DNA of 64,000 nt from a bacterium (GTDB taxonomy: Bacteria; Patescibacteriota; Microgenomatia; Levybacterales; UBA12049), in assembly GCA_021777565.1 (NCBI GenBank), contig JAJYDJ010000001.1, positions 24,431 through 88,430 of the forward strand, written 5' to 3'. Every line of letters begins with the position of its first letter. The stretch's first letter is position 1. Positions 28,706 through 37,967 of the stretch are shown here, in pieces. The position numbers were made by a program, and so were the translations under genes. The notes beneath the pieces are model-generated. The model made no database searches. It had not been told where the DNA came from and worked only from the letters and a program-made list of their open reading frames with translations.

Positions 28706-29446
28706 TTAGGCACCAATTGTCACACCATGGACTTTCACTCGTGGATTACCAGCAGCGACAGCCTCTGCCTCTTGAAGTAATGTCCCAAGTGGGACAGATC
28801 CTGGTTGATTATCCGTGATAACAACAACATGAAAGGGATGTTCGGTAGTAAATCGCTCACCAAATCCATGTGGCCCCATAGCGATCGCAATTCCTAATTC
28901 TACCTGGCGTTGCCCAACTTCAGCACTGCCAAATATGCCCCTACTATGGACAAAACCTAATGGTGCCCCATCAACAAGATTTGGATTAAACCCTCGTGCT
29001 GTCCCGTCGACATAAAATGTGTCTGCAATATGGACGTGAGCGGGTCTTCTCATGTCACTTGCTGTAATGCTTCCTTCATAGGGGATACCTAACGCTTCAG
29101 CTTTTGTTTGGGCAAATGTTTCTCCATATGCGTCAGAATCACCTTGAAAACCCGCCTCTCTGGCTGCCAGTGCGGCTGCACCACATCCCGCATGGCTTGT
29201 CATCCCGTGAATGGCACCTGAGCCTAAAAGGGGATCTATGACTGAGTCTTCTTCAAGAATACCGCTTCCTGCAATAAAAGCAACGTTTCTTCCGCGAGGC
29301 ATACCTTCATCAATACAGGCAACGACCACTGGTTGACCTGGTTCATTGTAGGCATGTTGTATCTGGGGAGCCTGATCAAATGTTCTCTGATAGTCTCTTT
29401 CAGGTTCGGGCTTCCAATACTGCTCAAGTGATTCGGTGTGTGACAT
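28706..29446 (-). CDS. Hypothetical protein, GC-rich, with weak beta-carbonic-anhydrase-like Cys/His motifs
   Basis: ACIDEGMPRGR and MTSHAGCGAA resemble the CxDxR and HxxCG metal-binding motifs of beta-CA, imperfectly. Start reset to ATG 29446 because the longer ORF overlaps tRNA-Pro. Confidence 0.35.
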   Translation of the reverse strand: MSHTESLEQYWKPEPERDYQRTFDQAPQIQHAYNEPGQPVVVACIDEGMPRGRNVAFIAGSGILEEDSVIDPLLGSGAIHGMTSHAGCGAAALAAREAGFQGDSDAYGETFAQTKAEALGIPYEGSITASDMRRPAHVHIADTFYVDGTARGFNPNLVDGAPLGFVHSRGIFGSAEVGQRQVELGIAIAMGPHGFGERFTTEHPFHVVVITDNQPGSVPLGTLLQEAEAVAAGNPRVKVHGVTIGA

Positions 29447-29506
29447 GAGGGAAAGTGTAACAAAGAACCCTACCGAAGTCAAACTATAGGTTTCTGCCGC
29501 TCTGTC

Positions 29507-29581
29507 TGGTCGGGGTGCCGGGAATTGAACCCGGTGTCTCTTCGTCCCGAACGAAGCGTGATACCGATTCACTACACCCCG
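29507..29581 (-). tRNA. tRNA-Pro (anticodon CGG), CCA encoded
   Basis: Reverse complement folds with acceptor cggggtg/caccccg, D-stem gtga/tcac, anticodon loop ttCGGga and T-arm ccggg-ttcaatt-cccgg. The 3' end reads ACCA. Confidence 0.75.
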
Positions 29582-29602
29582 TGAGTTTGGGATGAGTGTA
29601 TT

Positions 29603-31390
29603 TTAGCACAGGACAGGTATGGTACAATGAGGCCATCTGTCCTCGTAGCTCAGCTGGATAGAGCAGGCCCGTCCTAAGGGCAAGATCGGAGGTTCGAATC
29701 CTCTCGAGGACGCAGAAGACACTTTTTTATCTACAATTGTATAAATTGAAGCTAATTTTGGTGTTCCAATCTTTAATTCTTCATAAGTTGGTTGTTTATC
29801 AAATAACAACCCAAACATTGCGCCATTTTGGAGTGGATCTGTGCCTCCAAGTATCAATTCGTCTAGGTGTTCCATATAATATTTGAGGTTATTAATGAGT
29901 ACCTGTATATTTATTTGTTGCTCATCCTTTTTATCTCTCAGCACTGTTGCTTGCACTCTCTGTAACTCTAGCTTGTCTATATCTTCTTCCAAAGCCCTGA
30001 TAGCTACTTCGCTAGTAAGCATTTTTATCTTCCCTGCTAGCATAAGTTGTTGTTCTTTGATTGAGGCTACTTGTTGGTCTAGGGAGATAGTATCTTTCAT
30101 GATGCTTGCTTTTCTCTTTTCCCATTCAGACAAAAGTATTTCTTCCATTCTTTTTCTATATTTGTCTGTAAAATGCACATTTCCTACAAATGACGTTACT
30201 AGATCATGAACATCTTTCAGCTTAACACCAAAGCGTTTATGTCCTCTATTGCAATGATATGCTGGAAAGCGCTCTCCGGACTTGCCTGGAGTAGCACTGC
30301 CATAAAATTCTTTATTACATTTTGGGCAAAGGATTTGTTGCTTAAATGGGTATAGTGGATTAAGTTTATTCTTTTTCAGCTTCCATTCTTCGATTTGCCC
30401 TTTTATAACGAGTACTTCATTCGGATGGTCTTGTTGTTCAATAATTTTTACTTTGCCCCTATTGGCCTTATTAAATACCTCTATCGAGACTAATCCGCCG
30501 CCATACATTTTAATTGCTTTCCCGCCCGTCCACTTTTCTGTATTGATCCCCGCATAAATTGGATTTCTGATATACTCTTGCAATTGTTTTACTGCTAATG
30601 GTTTACCACCCGTATGCCCAATAATCTTTGTTCTGTCGTTTTTGTCGTACTTCCGTTTTATTCTGGATAAAAAACCCCTTGCATTAATTTCATAAACAAT
30701 TTCTCTATCTGATAGATTACCCTGTTCTCGTAGCTCAAACATGCGAATAAACCAAGAAGATTCTAGCGGATGAGGTTTCATTACAGATCGTAAACCGTGC
30801 GGAGTTTCTATCTTTACATTTATAAATCCCATTTGTGGCTGTCTTGTTTTATATCCTAATCTTGTATAATTAATTTCTGCACCAATCATTCGAGTTAAAA
30901 TATCTCGTACTTCTGCTTTAGCTCGTTCTGCCTCAAGTAACTCAGTTATCCAAGATGGGCTGTATTCACTCCACTTATATTGTGTGCCAAGATATGCCAA
31001 TGTATTGACTGTCTGAGAACTGATAATTCCATATGTATCGATAAGTGTAACTCCTGTCTTTGCAAATTCAGCTTTAAGATACCCATAAGTTGCACTACCT
31101 CCTCTTGTAACTCTATCTATGCTTTTAATAAAAGCAAATTTTATCTTGTTATTTTGATTTTTGCAGTATTCTATCGCTTTTATAAGAGGTTGTAGATCAA
31201 TGTCTCCACTTGCTGATTCAGTAAAATCAAATTGTTCTTTTATTACAATCTTGCAGGAATGCATTTGTTCAACACGACTTATTGCTTGGCCTACTTGCTT
31301 TTCTTGATCTTCAAGGCTATCACCGGTAAGTCCCTGTTTTTGACTTGAAACCCTACCTATGCTTATTCCGTAAAAAACTTGTAACTCCAT
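29603..31390 (-). CDS. Large serine recombinase (second copy). The ORF runs antisense through the whole of tRNA-Arg
   Basis: N-terminal resolvase motif ISIGRVSSQKQ. 595 aa with zinc ribbon CPKCN...YHCNRGH and a coiled coil. The C-terminal 36 codons are the antisense of tRNA-Arg. Confidence 0.75.
   Translation of the reverse strand: MELQVFYGISIGRVSSQKQGLTGDSLEDQEKQVGQAISRVEQMHSCKIVIKEQFDFTESASGDIDLQPLIKAIEYCKNQNNKIKFAFIKSIDRVTRGGSATYGYLKAEFAKTGVTLIDTYGIISSQTVNTLAYLGTQYKWSEYSPSWITELLEAERAKAEVRDILTRMIGAEINYTRLGYKTRQPQMGFINVKIETPHGLRSVMKPHPLESSWFIRMFELREQGNLSDREIVYEINARGFLSRIKRKYDKNDRTKIIGHTGGKPLAVKQLQEYIRNPIYAGINTEKWTGGKAIKMYGGGLVSIEVFNKANRGKVKIIEQQDHPNEVLVIKGQIEEWKLKKNKLNPLYPFKQQILCPKCNKEFYGSATPGKSGERFPAYHCNRGHKRFGVKLKDVHDLVTSFVGNVHFTDKYRKRMEEILLSEWEKRKASIMKDTISLDQQVASIKEQQLMLAGKIKMLTSEVAIRALEEDIDKLELQRVQATVLRDKKDEQQINIQVLINNLKYYMEHLDELILGGTDPLQNGAMFGLLFDKQPTYEELKIGTPKLASIYTIVDKKVSSASSRGFEPPILPLGRACSIQLSYEDRWPHCTIPVLC
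29639..29712 (+). tRNA. tRNA-Arg (anticodon CCT)
   Basis: Acceptor gtcctcg/cgaggac, D-stem gctc/gagc, anticodon loop gtCCTaa (U33, A37) and T-arm ggagg-ttcgaat-cctct. No encoded CCA. Confidence 0.7.
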
Positions 31391-31787
31391 AGCTTTATGG
31401 TAACACTATCATTTGGTAAATCTCAACTTTCCATTCTTTTGGTCGTCTAGAACACGATCTATGATAAGGTTAGCAAGTATACGCATGCGCTCTTCAATTT
31501 CTAATTCTTTTTTATTTTCTTCTAATCCTATCGTGGCGTTTTCAGTTGCAGTAGGCTTATGTATCATAAAAATGCCTCCCTCGTTTGCAGCTAGGGCGGG
31601 AGACCTAGCGCAAACCAGAAAGGCATTGACTTCTCCCGCTATTAACGAAAAAGCGCTTACAAAGCAACACGAAATTCGTGCTACCGTGTAAGCGCAGTCC
31701 TGCTAATCAGGGTTAGCCTCCTCGAGGTAACTTCTTCACCAATACTGTGTCAACAATTTTTGTACACTGTCAAGACCTGTTTTGAGC

Positions 31788-32126
31788 CTATTTCTGTGAT
31801 ATCTCAACCATTCCCTTAAACCTCTGTTTGATATATTTCAGCTTCAAACATGTCCTACAACCAATCAATCCTACTGCCGGATGTCTATACAAAACTCCTT
31901 TTCTTTTTCCACACAGAGAACACAAAAACCAAAACCTTTCACCGTGAAATAATGTCTTTGAAGTAGCGAGCTGTACAGATATTCCTAGAGCTTCAATCTG
32001 AGCTTCTACAAGCCTCCTGCGAAGCATTTTGTTTGCTTTTCTTACTAATTCATCAACAGAGATTCTTTGACAATTTTCCGCTACGAAGAAGTTTCCTAAA
32101 TCATATGGAGATAATGAATTACCCAT
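31788..32126 (-). CDS. Small zinc-ribbon hypothetical protein
   Basis: 112 aa carrying CSLCGKRKG....GCRTC (CxxC...CxxC). Confidence 0.4.
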   Translation of the reverse strand: MGNSLSPYDLGNFFVAENCQRISVDELVRKANKMLRRRLVEAQIEALGISVQLATSKTLFHGERFWFLCSLCGKRKGVLYRHPAVGLIGCRTCLKLKYIKQRFKGMVEISQK

Positions 32127-32676
32127 GTTGCTCCTGTATTACTTGGTTTTGACCAACAATAGCTGTTTCTGTTTTGATATTCACTTGTAGCTGAGGCTGT
32201 TTCATTATTTTAAGCGCTTGGAGAGATGAAAGGTATTGTCGTATTGCTCTATCAAGATCTTTACTTAATAACCCAAAAAGGATTAGATCCGCATTATTCA
32301 TATTGCTATCGTAGATGTAACGATTAAGTCTGCGTTCTAGGTCTAGCATGCGGATATAGGAGAGAGTCGCTAGTTCAACAGTTGCCTTCTCACTTACTGT
32401 AGTGCAGTTATACTCTTTTTGCAGGTCTCTTAACATTTGGATACCAAATGTTTTATACGGCTCGGATACGTTAGTTGCCAGTAGGAAGCCACTCTCAAAC
32501 TCAGATAAAGAAATTGCCTGAAAGAGATCTCCTTTTGCTGTAATGTCTCTCTTGTCTTGCTTTTTTTCAAGCTCTTTCTTTGCATTTTTTATAACTGTAT
32601 TTGGATCACAGGGCAGACTAATCCCAAGTTCTCTCAATACATCTTTAGATTCATTTTGTTTAACAATGCTATCCAT
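32119..32676 (-). CDS. Hypothetical protein in island 2
   Basis: 185-aa ORF whose stop overlaps the start of the downstream gene, suggesting translational coupling. Confidence 0.4.
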   Translation of the reverse strand: MDSIVKQNESKDVLRELGISLPCDPNTVIKNAKKELEKKQDKRDITAKGDLFQAISLSEFESGFLLATNVSEPYKTFGIQMLRDLQKEYNCTTVSEKATVELATLSYIRMLDLERRLNRYIYDSNMNNADLILFGLLSKDLDRAIRQYLSSLQALKIMKQPQLQVNIKTETAIVGQNQVIQEQHG

Positions 32677-32719
32677 GCTCTAGGTATAGCAAACTTTTTT
32701 GTCACAAGGCGCAAGGGAT

Positions 32720-32926
32720 TTATTCAAGGAGATCTTTTGGAGATACTTTTAAGGCTTTTGCTAGCTTTTGTATTGTTTTCAAGGTTGGATTTCTTTTTCC
32801 GGCTTCAATAGCAATTATAGATTTTGGGTCTACCTTTGTAAGTTCTGCTAGCTTTTCTTGCGAAAACTTTCTCCCTTTACGTAAATTTCGCACATTCTCG
32901 CCGAGTTTTTGATAAGTATTTGTCAT
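32720..32926 (-). CDS. XRE-family HTH regulator
   Basis: LRKGRKFSQEKLAELTKVDPKSIIAIEAGKRNPTLKTIQKLAKALKV is an HTH_3 pattern. It is paralogous to the island 1 regulator. Confidence 0.75.
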   Translation of the reverse strand: MTNTYQKLGENVRNLRKGRKFSQEKLAELTKVDPKSIIAIEAGKRNPTLKTIQKLAKALKVSPKDLLE

Positions 32927-33032
32927 GGAATTGACAGGATTATGGAATATATGTCAGAATCTGAACAGGAAATATATTCCAGTTTTAGCTTTGGTCTCAA
33001 ACCTAAATCGCAAAATAAATAACTAAAAATCT

Positions 33033-33224
33033 ATGAAAACAATTTTTATTAAGCCATTGAGCATTCTTATTGCGCTTACCTGCCTCGTAGTAATCACATA
33101 TTTTGGCATCATGATTTATAAAGAGCTTACGCCTCCTTCTTATAACGACCAGAAAATGCAATGTTTAGAACTGGGGAGTAATTTGCGATATAGACAATGT
33201 ATGCAAATGATAAATCAAAAATAA
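33033..33224 (+). CDS. Small membrane protein
   Basis: 63 aa with a single transmembrane helix. First gene of a plus-strand run in island 2. Confidence 0.3.
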   Translation: MKTIFIKPLSILIALTCLVVITYFGIMIYKELTPPSYNDQKMQCLELGSNLRYRQCMQMINQK

Positions 33225-33683
33225 ATGATTCAAAAAATAGGATTAAAATTTATTGATTCTTTTTGGGTATATTTAATAATTGGCGCAATTGGATTAGCTG
33301 GATACTTGTTTTACATAAATCATCAAGATCAACAAAAACAGATTGAGCAGCATAAACAAGAAGTAAAGGCTAATAAAGAAGATGCACTTGTAAAAGTTGC
33401 GAATATAAAATATATAAAAACCCTCATTCCTATTTGTGATAAAAAAGTTAAGGATATTACAGGTATTGATTTTTTTCGTTGTGAAAAATTGTCTGATATT
33501 AATATCATTCAGGTACTCTACCTTAGCGGTATTTTAGACCTTAAATCCTCTCTCGCAGACCCAAATATTCCTGAGATTTGTCAAAAAAAGATAGGAGAAA
33601 TTTCAGCAAGTGATTTTATTGACTGCCTAAATGAACCAACACCTGAACCAGATCAACCATCAAGTAGTCAATCAGTGCAATAA
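33225..33683 (+). CDS. Hypothetical membrane-anchored protein
   Basis: 152 aa with an N-terminal transmembrane helix. Start overlaps the upstream stop. Confidence 0.4.
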   Translation: MIQKIGLKFIDSFWVYLIIGAIGLAGYLFYINHQDQQKQIEQHKQEVKANKEDALVKVANIKYIKTLIPICDKKVKDITGIDFFRCEKLSDINIIQVLYLSGILDLKSSLADPNIPEICQKKIGEISASDFIDCLNEPTPEPDQPSSSQSVQ

Positions 33684-33715
33684 AACCTTCTAATAAGATA
33701 TAATCTTAAATAGAG

Positions 33716-34021
33716 ATGAAAAAAGGTATAGGGATAGTATCCGCAATATTTTTACTGTATGGGATGGGGTATGGACACGCTTATTCATACTATGAATTTC
33801 TTAGGTGGGCAACTTTTCTCTCTTCATTATTCTTTTCTTGGAGGTTTTATAAATCAAAAACTTTTGTTGGTATTGCAATATTTCTTACTATTGCCTATTT
33901 ATTTAATCCTATTTTTCCTGTCTACCTTCAAAAATCAACCTGGGTAACTATTGATTTTATTGCTGCAATAATCTTGATTATTGGTGGTTTTTATAAAGCT
34001 AAAAACGATGTAGTTATCTAA
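33716..34021 (+). CDS. Small polytopic membrane protein
   Basis: 101 aa with three hydrophobic helices. Confidence 0.35.
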   Translation: MKKGIGIVSAIFLLYGMGYGHAYSYYEFLRWATFLSSLFFSWRFYKSKTFVGIAIFLTIAYLFNPIFPVYLQKSTWVTIDFIAAIILIIGGFYKAKNDVVI

Positions 34022-34022
34022 A

Positions 34023-35123
34023 ATGATGAAAAATTCAATAAAGATAGTAGCGCAAATATTCTTTTCTCTAGCAACAACAGCTATTTTTGCAATCAATTTT
34101 CTAAGTGGAATTGTCGGTGGTATTTGGCTGTTACTTGCAGGAGGATGGGCATTGATACTTCAAGGAATAATTATGGGAATAATTATGCCTTATGTCTTTT
34201 CAATAGTAAGCGCACCTACATTTCTCATAGTACCTTTTGCAGAGAAGCTCAAGAATAACAAAATAGCTTTAGCAATAGTATTGTTTTTTGCCTCCATCTT
34301 CAACTACGGACCCCTACTGTTGTGGGTAAATTTTGTCTTTTACAAGTTTGTTTCAAATAATCAATTTCCTTTCATAGCTCTCATTTTGGCTGGATATGCA
34401 ACTGTGATGAGTCCTTTGAGTTATATGACAAGCCATGAAAACGAAGGAGGTTTAGGAACGACTTTGGGCTTACTTTACGCACAGTTGTGTTATTTGTTTT
34501 TAGTTCTCGGTTTACTATTTCAATGGAACCCATCCTCTGTATTTTGGTCTGAAATATGGCTAGCGTTACTTTTCATGTTGTTAAGTGTATTTACTCTTTC
34601 CACAGTGAAATTTGAGGAAGACGTTTCAATAGATGAAGATATATTTGCAGATCCACTTGTGGAGGAGGCTATCACAATTTGCTTTTCCTATGAAAAAGTT
34701 AGTCCAGCATTATTTCAGAGAGCTTTAGGTATCGATTATGAGAAAGCAACAGAAATATTCAAGGAGCTTAACAGGAAAAGACTAATAGGAAATATTAGGA
34801 TTGAAGATCAAGAAGATTTAATGCCAATAGGAAAGGTGAGCAAACGAAAACTTAAAAAGTATGAATACCTAATAAAAAAGGTAAAAGAATATAAAAAATA
34901 CCAATATCTAAACAGTTCTCCAAATGATCCCTTCCTTGACCAAGCAAAACAGTATGCATATGAATTTGAAACAATTGTCCCAGAGGATATTCAAAGAAAA
35001 TTTAAGACAGGATATGCACGAGCTGCCAAAATATTAGATCAACTAGAATTAGCTGATATTATTGTAAGCGTGCCGGGAAAAAGATATAGGAAAGTAAATA
35101 AAAATCCTGAAATACCCTATTAA
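34023..35123 (+). CDS. Polytopic membrane protein with two C-terminal FtsK-gamma-like winged-helix domains and no ATPase motor
   Basis: Five to six N-terminal transmembrane helices. Then DPLVEEAITICFSYEKVSPALFQRALGIDYEKATEIFKELNRKRLIG and DPFLDQAKQYAYEFETIVPEDIQRKFKTGYARAAKILDQLELADIIVSVPGKRYRKV. The second closely matches the FtsK gamma consensus ...LQRRLRIGYNRAARLIDQLE..GIV....GSKPREV. Confidence 0.55.
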   Translation: MMKNSIKIVAQIFFSLATTAIFAINFLSGIVGGIWLLLAGGWALILQGIIMGIIMPYVFSIVSAPTFLIVPFAEKLKNNKIALAIVLFFASIFNYGPLLLWVNFVFYKFVSNNQFPFIALILAGYATVMSPLSYMTSHENEGGLGTTLGLLYAQLCYLFLVLGLLFQWNPSSVFWSEIWLALLFMLLSVFTLSTVKFEEDVSIDEDIFADPLVEEAITICFSYEKVSPALFQRALGIDYEKATEIFKELNRKRLIGNIRIEDQEDLMPIGKVSKRKLKKYEYLIKKVKEYKKYQYLNSSPNDPFLDQAKQYAYEFETIVPEDIQRKFKTGYARAAKILDQLELADIIVSVPGKRYRKVNKNPEIPY

Positions 35124-35342
35124 CCTCTCGTTCTTTAATACAAAATAACTCATTTATGTCTTAATAAAGCTAAAAAGCGTTAGTTCAATACCGCTTGAGG
35201 TATCTTCATTTAATAGTTATGTATATAATACTTGTGCCTGGGGGATTATAATTCCAAACTGCTGAAATACTGAAATCATTCTGCTAGAATACAAACTGAG
35301 CGTGTTCCAAAAATTAAGGTCAAAGCACACTAGAAAAGTGGG

Positions 35343-36017
35343 TTATGCGGCAATACGGCGAGGTTCTTCAAATTCGTCTTCAGGCAGGGTTTCCATCTTT
35401 TTAGATTCAACTTGTACAAGCTGTCGATAAAGACTTTCTAATTGCTCGCGAGCTTGTCCTGCTGGCAGTGAGATCATTAATCTTCGTACGTTATTGAGTG
35501 TTGCATGAATATCTTCCAGTGAAAGTGTTTCAAGTGCCACTGTGGCTGCAACAATCGTTACTCGTGCTTCTGCGATAGCATCCTGTACCTGTGCTTCTTG
35601 TGCTGGAGCGAGTTCGGAATCCTTCTCGGTAAGACTATCGGTGATTTCCTGGACATTGACAGCCTCACTGACGGCAGTACTTGTTCCTTGATATCCTACG
35701 ACCAAGGCGCCTGCACTATCCAAGTTTACCTGTATATCACCCATAGCCTGTGCACGCTCTTCTCTTGGAAGAAGTGCCATTGCAGCGATGTTTTGAACTT
35801 TGCCTTGGATACGGTCTCTTGTGGCTGCATCTCTCTGTCCAGCCTCACTTGCTGCGTAGGCAGTATCTGAGAGTCTGTCATTGATTGCTTGGATTCTGAT
35901 GACTGCTGCTGCGACGACGTAGGCACGATCGTGTGAGAGAGGGGATTCAGGGGTGCGAACTGGCTGGGCTATTTCAGCTTTTGCGGTGGCAGTGGTTGTT
36001 TCTGTTACTAATGCCAT
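35343..36017 (-). CDS. Hypothetical Ala/Glu-rich protein, GC-rich
   Basis: 224-aa ORF with helical-type composition. The local GC shift marks the edge of island 2. Confidence 0.4.
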   Translation of the reverse strand: MALVTETTTATAKAEIAQPVRTPESPLSHDRAYVVAAAVIRIQAINDRLSDTAYAASEAGQRDAATRDRIQGKVQNIAAMALLPREERAQAMGDIQVNLDSAGALVVGYQGTSTAVSEAVNVQEITDSLTEKDSELAPAQEAQVQDAIAEARVTIVAATVALETLSLEDIHATLNNVRRLMISLPAGQAREQLESLYRQLVQVESKKMETLPEDEFEEPRRIAA

Positions 36018-36148
36018 AGGTTTGGTCTTGTAACTAAGACTTTGCGAGTATACCTAAAAAGAGCACTTTTGTCAACTTATAGGGTGAAATTCGTGCGTAA
36101 TGTGACCTATGTCATGATTCTGGGGTAATTTTCACCTATAATGAGCTT

Positions 36149-37927
36149 ATGCACAGGTTTCTTACTGCTTTTTGGAGGCCGCTGGTAGTACTTCTTCTTA
36201 TTGTTATATCTCTGCCGCTTCTTTTCCTCTGGAAGATAGGGCCTGTTGCTGATGGACTGCTTATTCTAGGCATACTTTTGGGGACGTATGACCTCTTTCT
36301 GGAGGCTATTGGTCAGATGTGGAGGAGACAATTTGGTATTGACTACATTGCGATCCTTGCGGTGGTTACCTCGGTTATCACGGGAGAATACTTAGTTGGT
36401 GCAATTATTGCATTGATGGCGAGTGGGGGAGTCACCCTTGAGAATTATGCCAGTGCTCAGGCAAAAGGGACACTGACCGCTCTTGCCAAACGTCTTCCAC
36501 AAGAAGTGTTAACGCTGCAGGGTGACGCACACGTGAAGAAATCTATTCATGAAGTAAACATTGGGGATGTCGTTATCGTTCGACATGGAGAAGTAGTCCC
36601 AGTCGATGGAAAACTTGCTGGAACTACCGCAAGTCTTGACGAATCCTCGCTCACCGGAGAATCTTACCCGGTAGATAAAACAGCAGGAGACATCATTCGC
36701 GCAGGAACGGTGAATGTTGGAGAGATGTTTCAATTCGTTGCAACGACCAGTGAAACAAGTTCTGGGTATCATCATATTATCGACATGGTGTCACAAGCTC
36801 AGGTAGAAAAAGCACCGATGGTCCGTCTTGCGGATCAATACAGTGTCTATTTCACGCTGATCACTTTCGTTATCGCAGGGATTGCCTATCTCCATGGACA
36901 TTCTCTCTATGCCGTTTTGTCCGTCTTGGTGGTAGCAACACCATGTCCATTAATTTTGGCTACCCCTATTGCCCTTTTGGGAGGAGCAAATAAATCTGCA
37001 AAATCGCGTGTCATTATTAAAAAACTTGCCAGTATTGAAGTGTTATCTCGGGTCAATGCGCTTGTTTTTGATAAAACCGGGACACTTACTCTGGGGCATC
37101 CTCGCGTTATTGATTTTACAGTCCATGGCAGGTACGAAAAAGAACGTCTACTCGCGATTTCCAGCTCAATTGAACACAATTCTCTGCATCCTCTGGCACA
37201 TGCTATTGTGCTGTATGCCAATGAACACAAGGTCCCACATTTTATTGTAAAAGACATAAAAGAAGTCGTTGGCAAAGGCATTTCTGGGGTTATCGCCGGC
37301 AAAACATATAGTCTGGTTAAAATAACTGATCATCAATCAGGTGATATGAATATTGGTCTGTATCAAGGAAGAACTCATGTGGCAACGTTTACTCTTCAAG
37401 ATGAAGTAAAAGAAGATGCCAGAAGAATTTTACAGAAATTACAAGGAATGGGATTTGTCCTGCATTTGTTTACCGGGGACAGAAAACAGGTGGCAGAGCA
37501 ACTGGTATCCCATCTGCGCCTGTCATTGGCGATTCGCAGTGAATGTTCTCCAGAAGATAAACTCAATGGCATCAAGCAGTTACAAAAATCTCACGTCGTT
37601 GCTATGGTAGGAGATGGAATTAACGACGCACCAGCACTGGCAACCGCAGATGTTGGCATGGTGTATGGTTCCTATGAACAGACGGCGGCGACAGAAGCCG
37701 CAGATATTGTCTTGTTCGGTGTATCTATCCATGCCATTTTGCAGACGATACTTGAGGCAAAACAAACTATTCGCATAGCCATGCAGAGTATCCTTTGGGG
37801 AATCGGACTGAGTATTATTGCAATGATTTTTGCAGCGTGGGGACTTATTCCACCGGTGTATGGAGCGATTTTACAGGAACTGATTGATGTGGCAGTAATT
37901 TTTAATTCACTTCGCGCTGCACGATAA
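36149..37927 (+). CDS. P1B-type heavy-metal-translocating P-type ATPase, no N-terminal HMA domain, TPC variant of the CPx motif
   Basis: DKTGTLT phosphorylation motif, GDGINDAPAL hinge, TGES actuator and the membrane motif ATPCPLILATP aligned to CPCALGLATP. 592 aa. Confidence 0.8.
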   Translation: MHRFLTAFWRPLVVLLLIVISLPLLFLWKIGPVADGLLILGILLGTYDLFLEAIGQMWRRQFGIDYIAILAVVTSVITGEYLVGAIIALMASGGVTLENYASAQAKGTLTALAKRLPQEVLTLQGDAHVKKSIHEVNIGDVVIVRHGEVVPVDGKLAGTTASLDESSLTGESYPVDKTAGDIIRAGTVNVGEMFQFVATTSETSSGYHHIIDMVSQAQVEKAPMVRLADQYSVYFTLITFVIAGIAYLHGHSLYAVLSVLVVATPCPLILATPIALLGGANKSAKSRVIIKKLASIEVLSRVNALVFDKTGTLTLGHPRVIDFTVHGRYEKERLLAISSSIEHNSLHPLAHAIVLYANEHKVPHFIVKDIKEVVGKGISGVIAGKTYSLVKITDHQSGDMNIGLYQGRTHVATFTLQDEVKEDARRILQKLQGMGFVLHLFTGDRKQVAEQLVSHLRLSLAIRSECSPEDKLNGIKQLQKSHVVAMVGDGINDAPALATADVGMVYGSYEQTAATEAADIVLFGVSIHAILQTILEAKQTIRIAMQSILWGIGLSIIAMIFAAWGLIPPVYGAILQELIDVAVIFNSLRAAR

Positions 37928-37967
37928 ATACTTTACCTACCCCTAATCTTTTCTCTACAATGGTGTC

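Noticed and set aside
28706-29572. Longer version of the GC-rich ORF starting at 29572
   Set aside because: The upstream 42 codons run through tRNA-Pro (29507-29581). The start was moved to the internal ATG at 29446.
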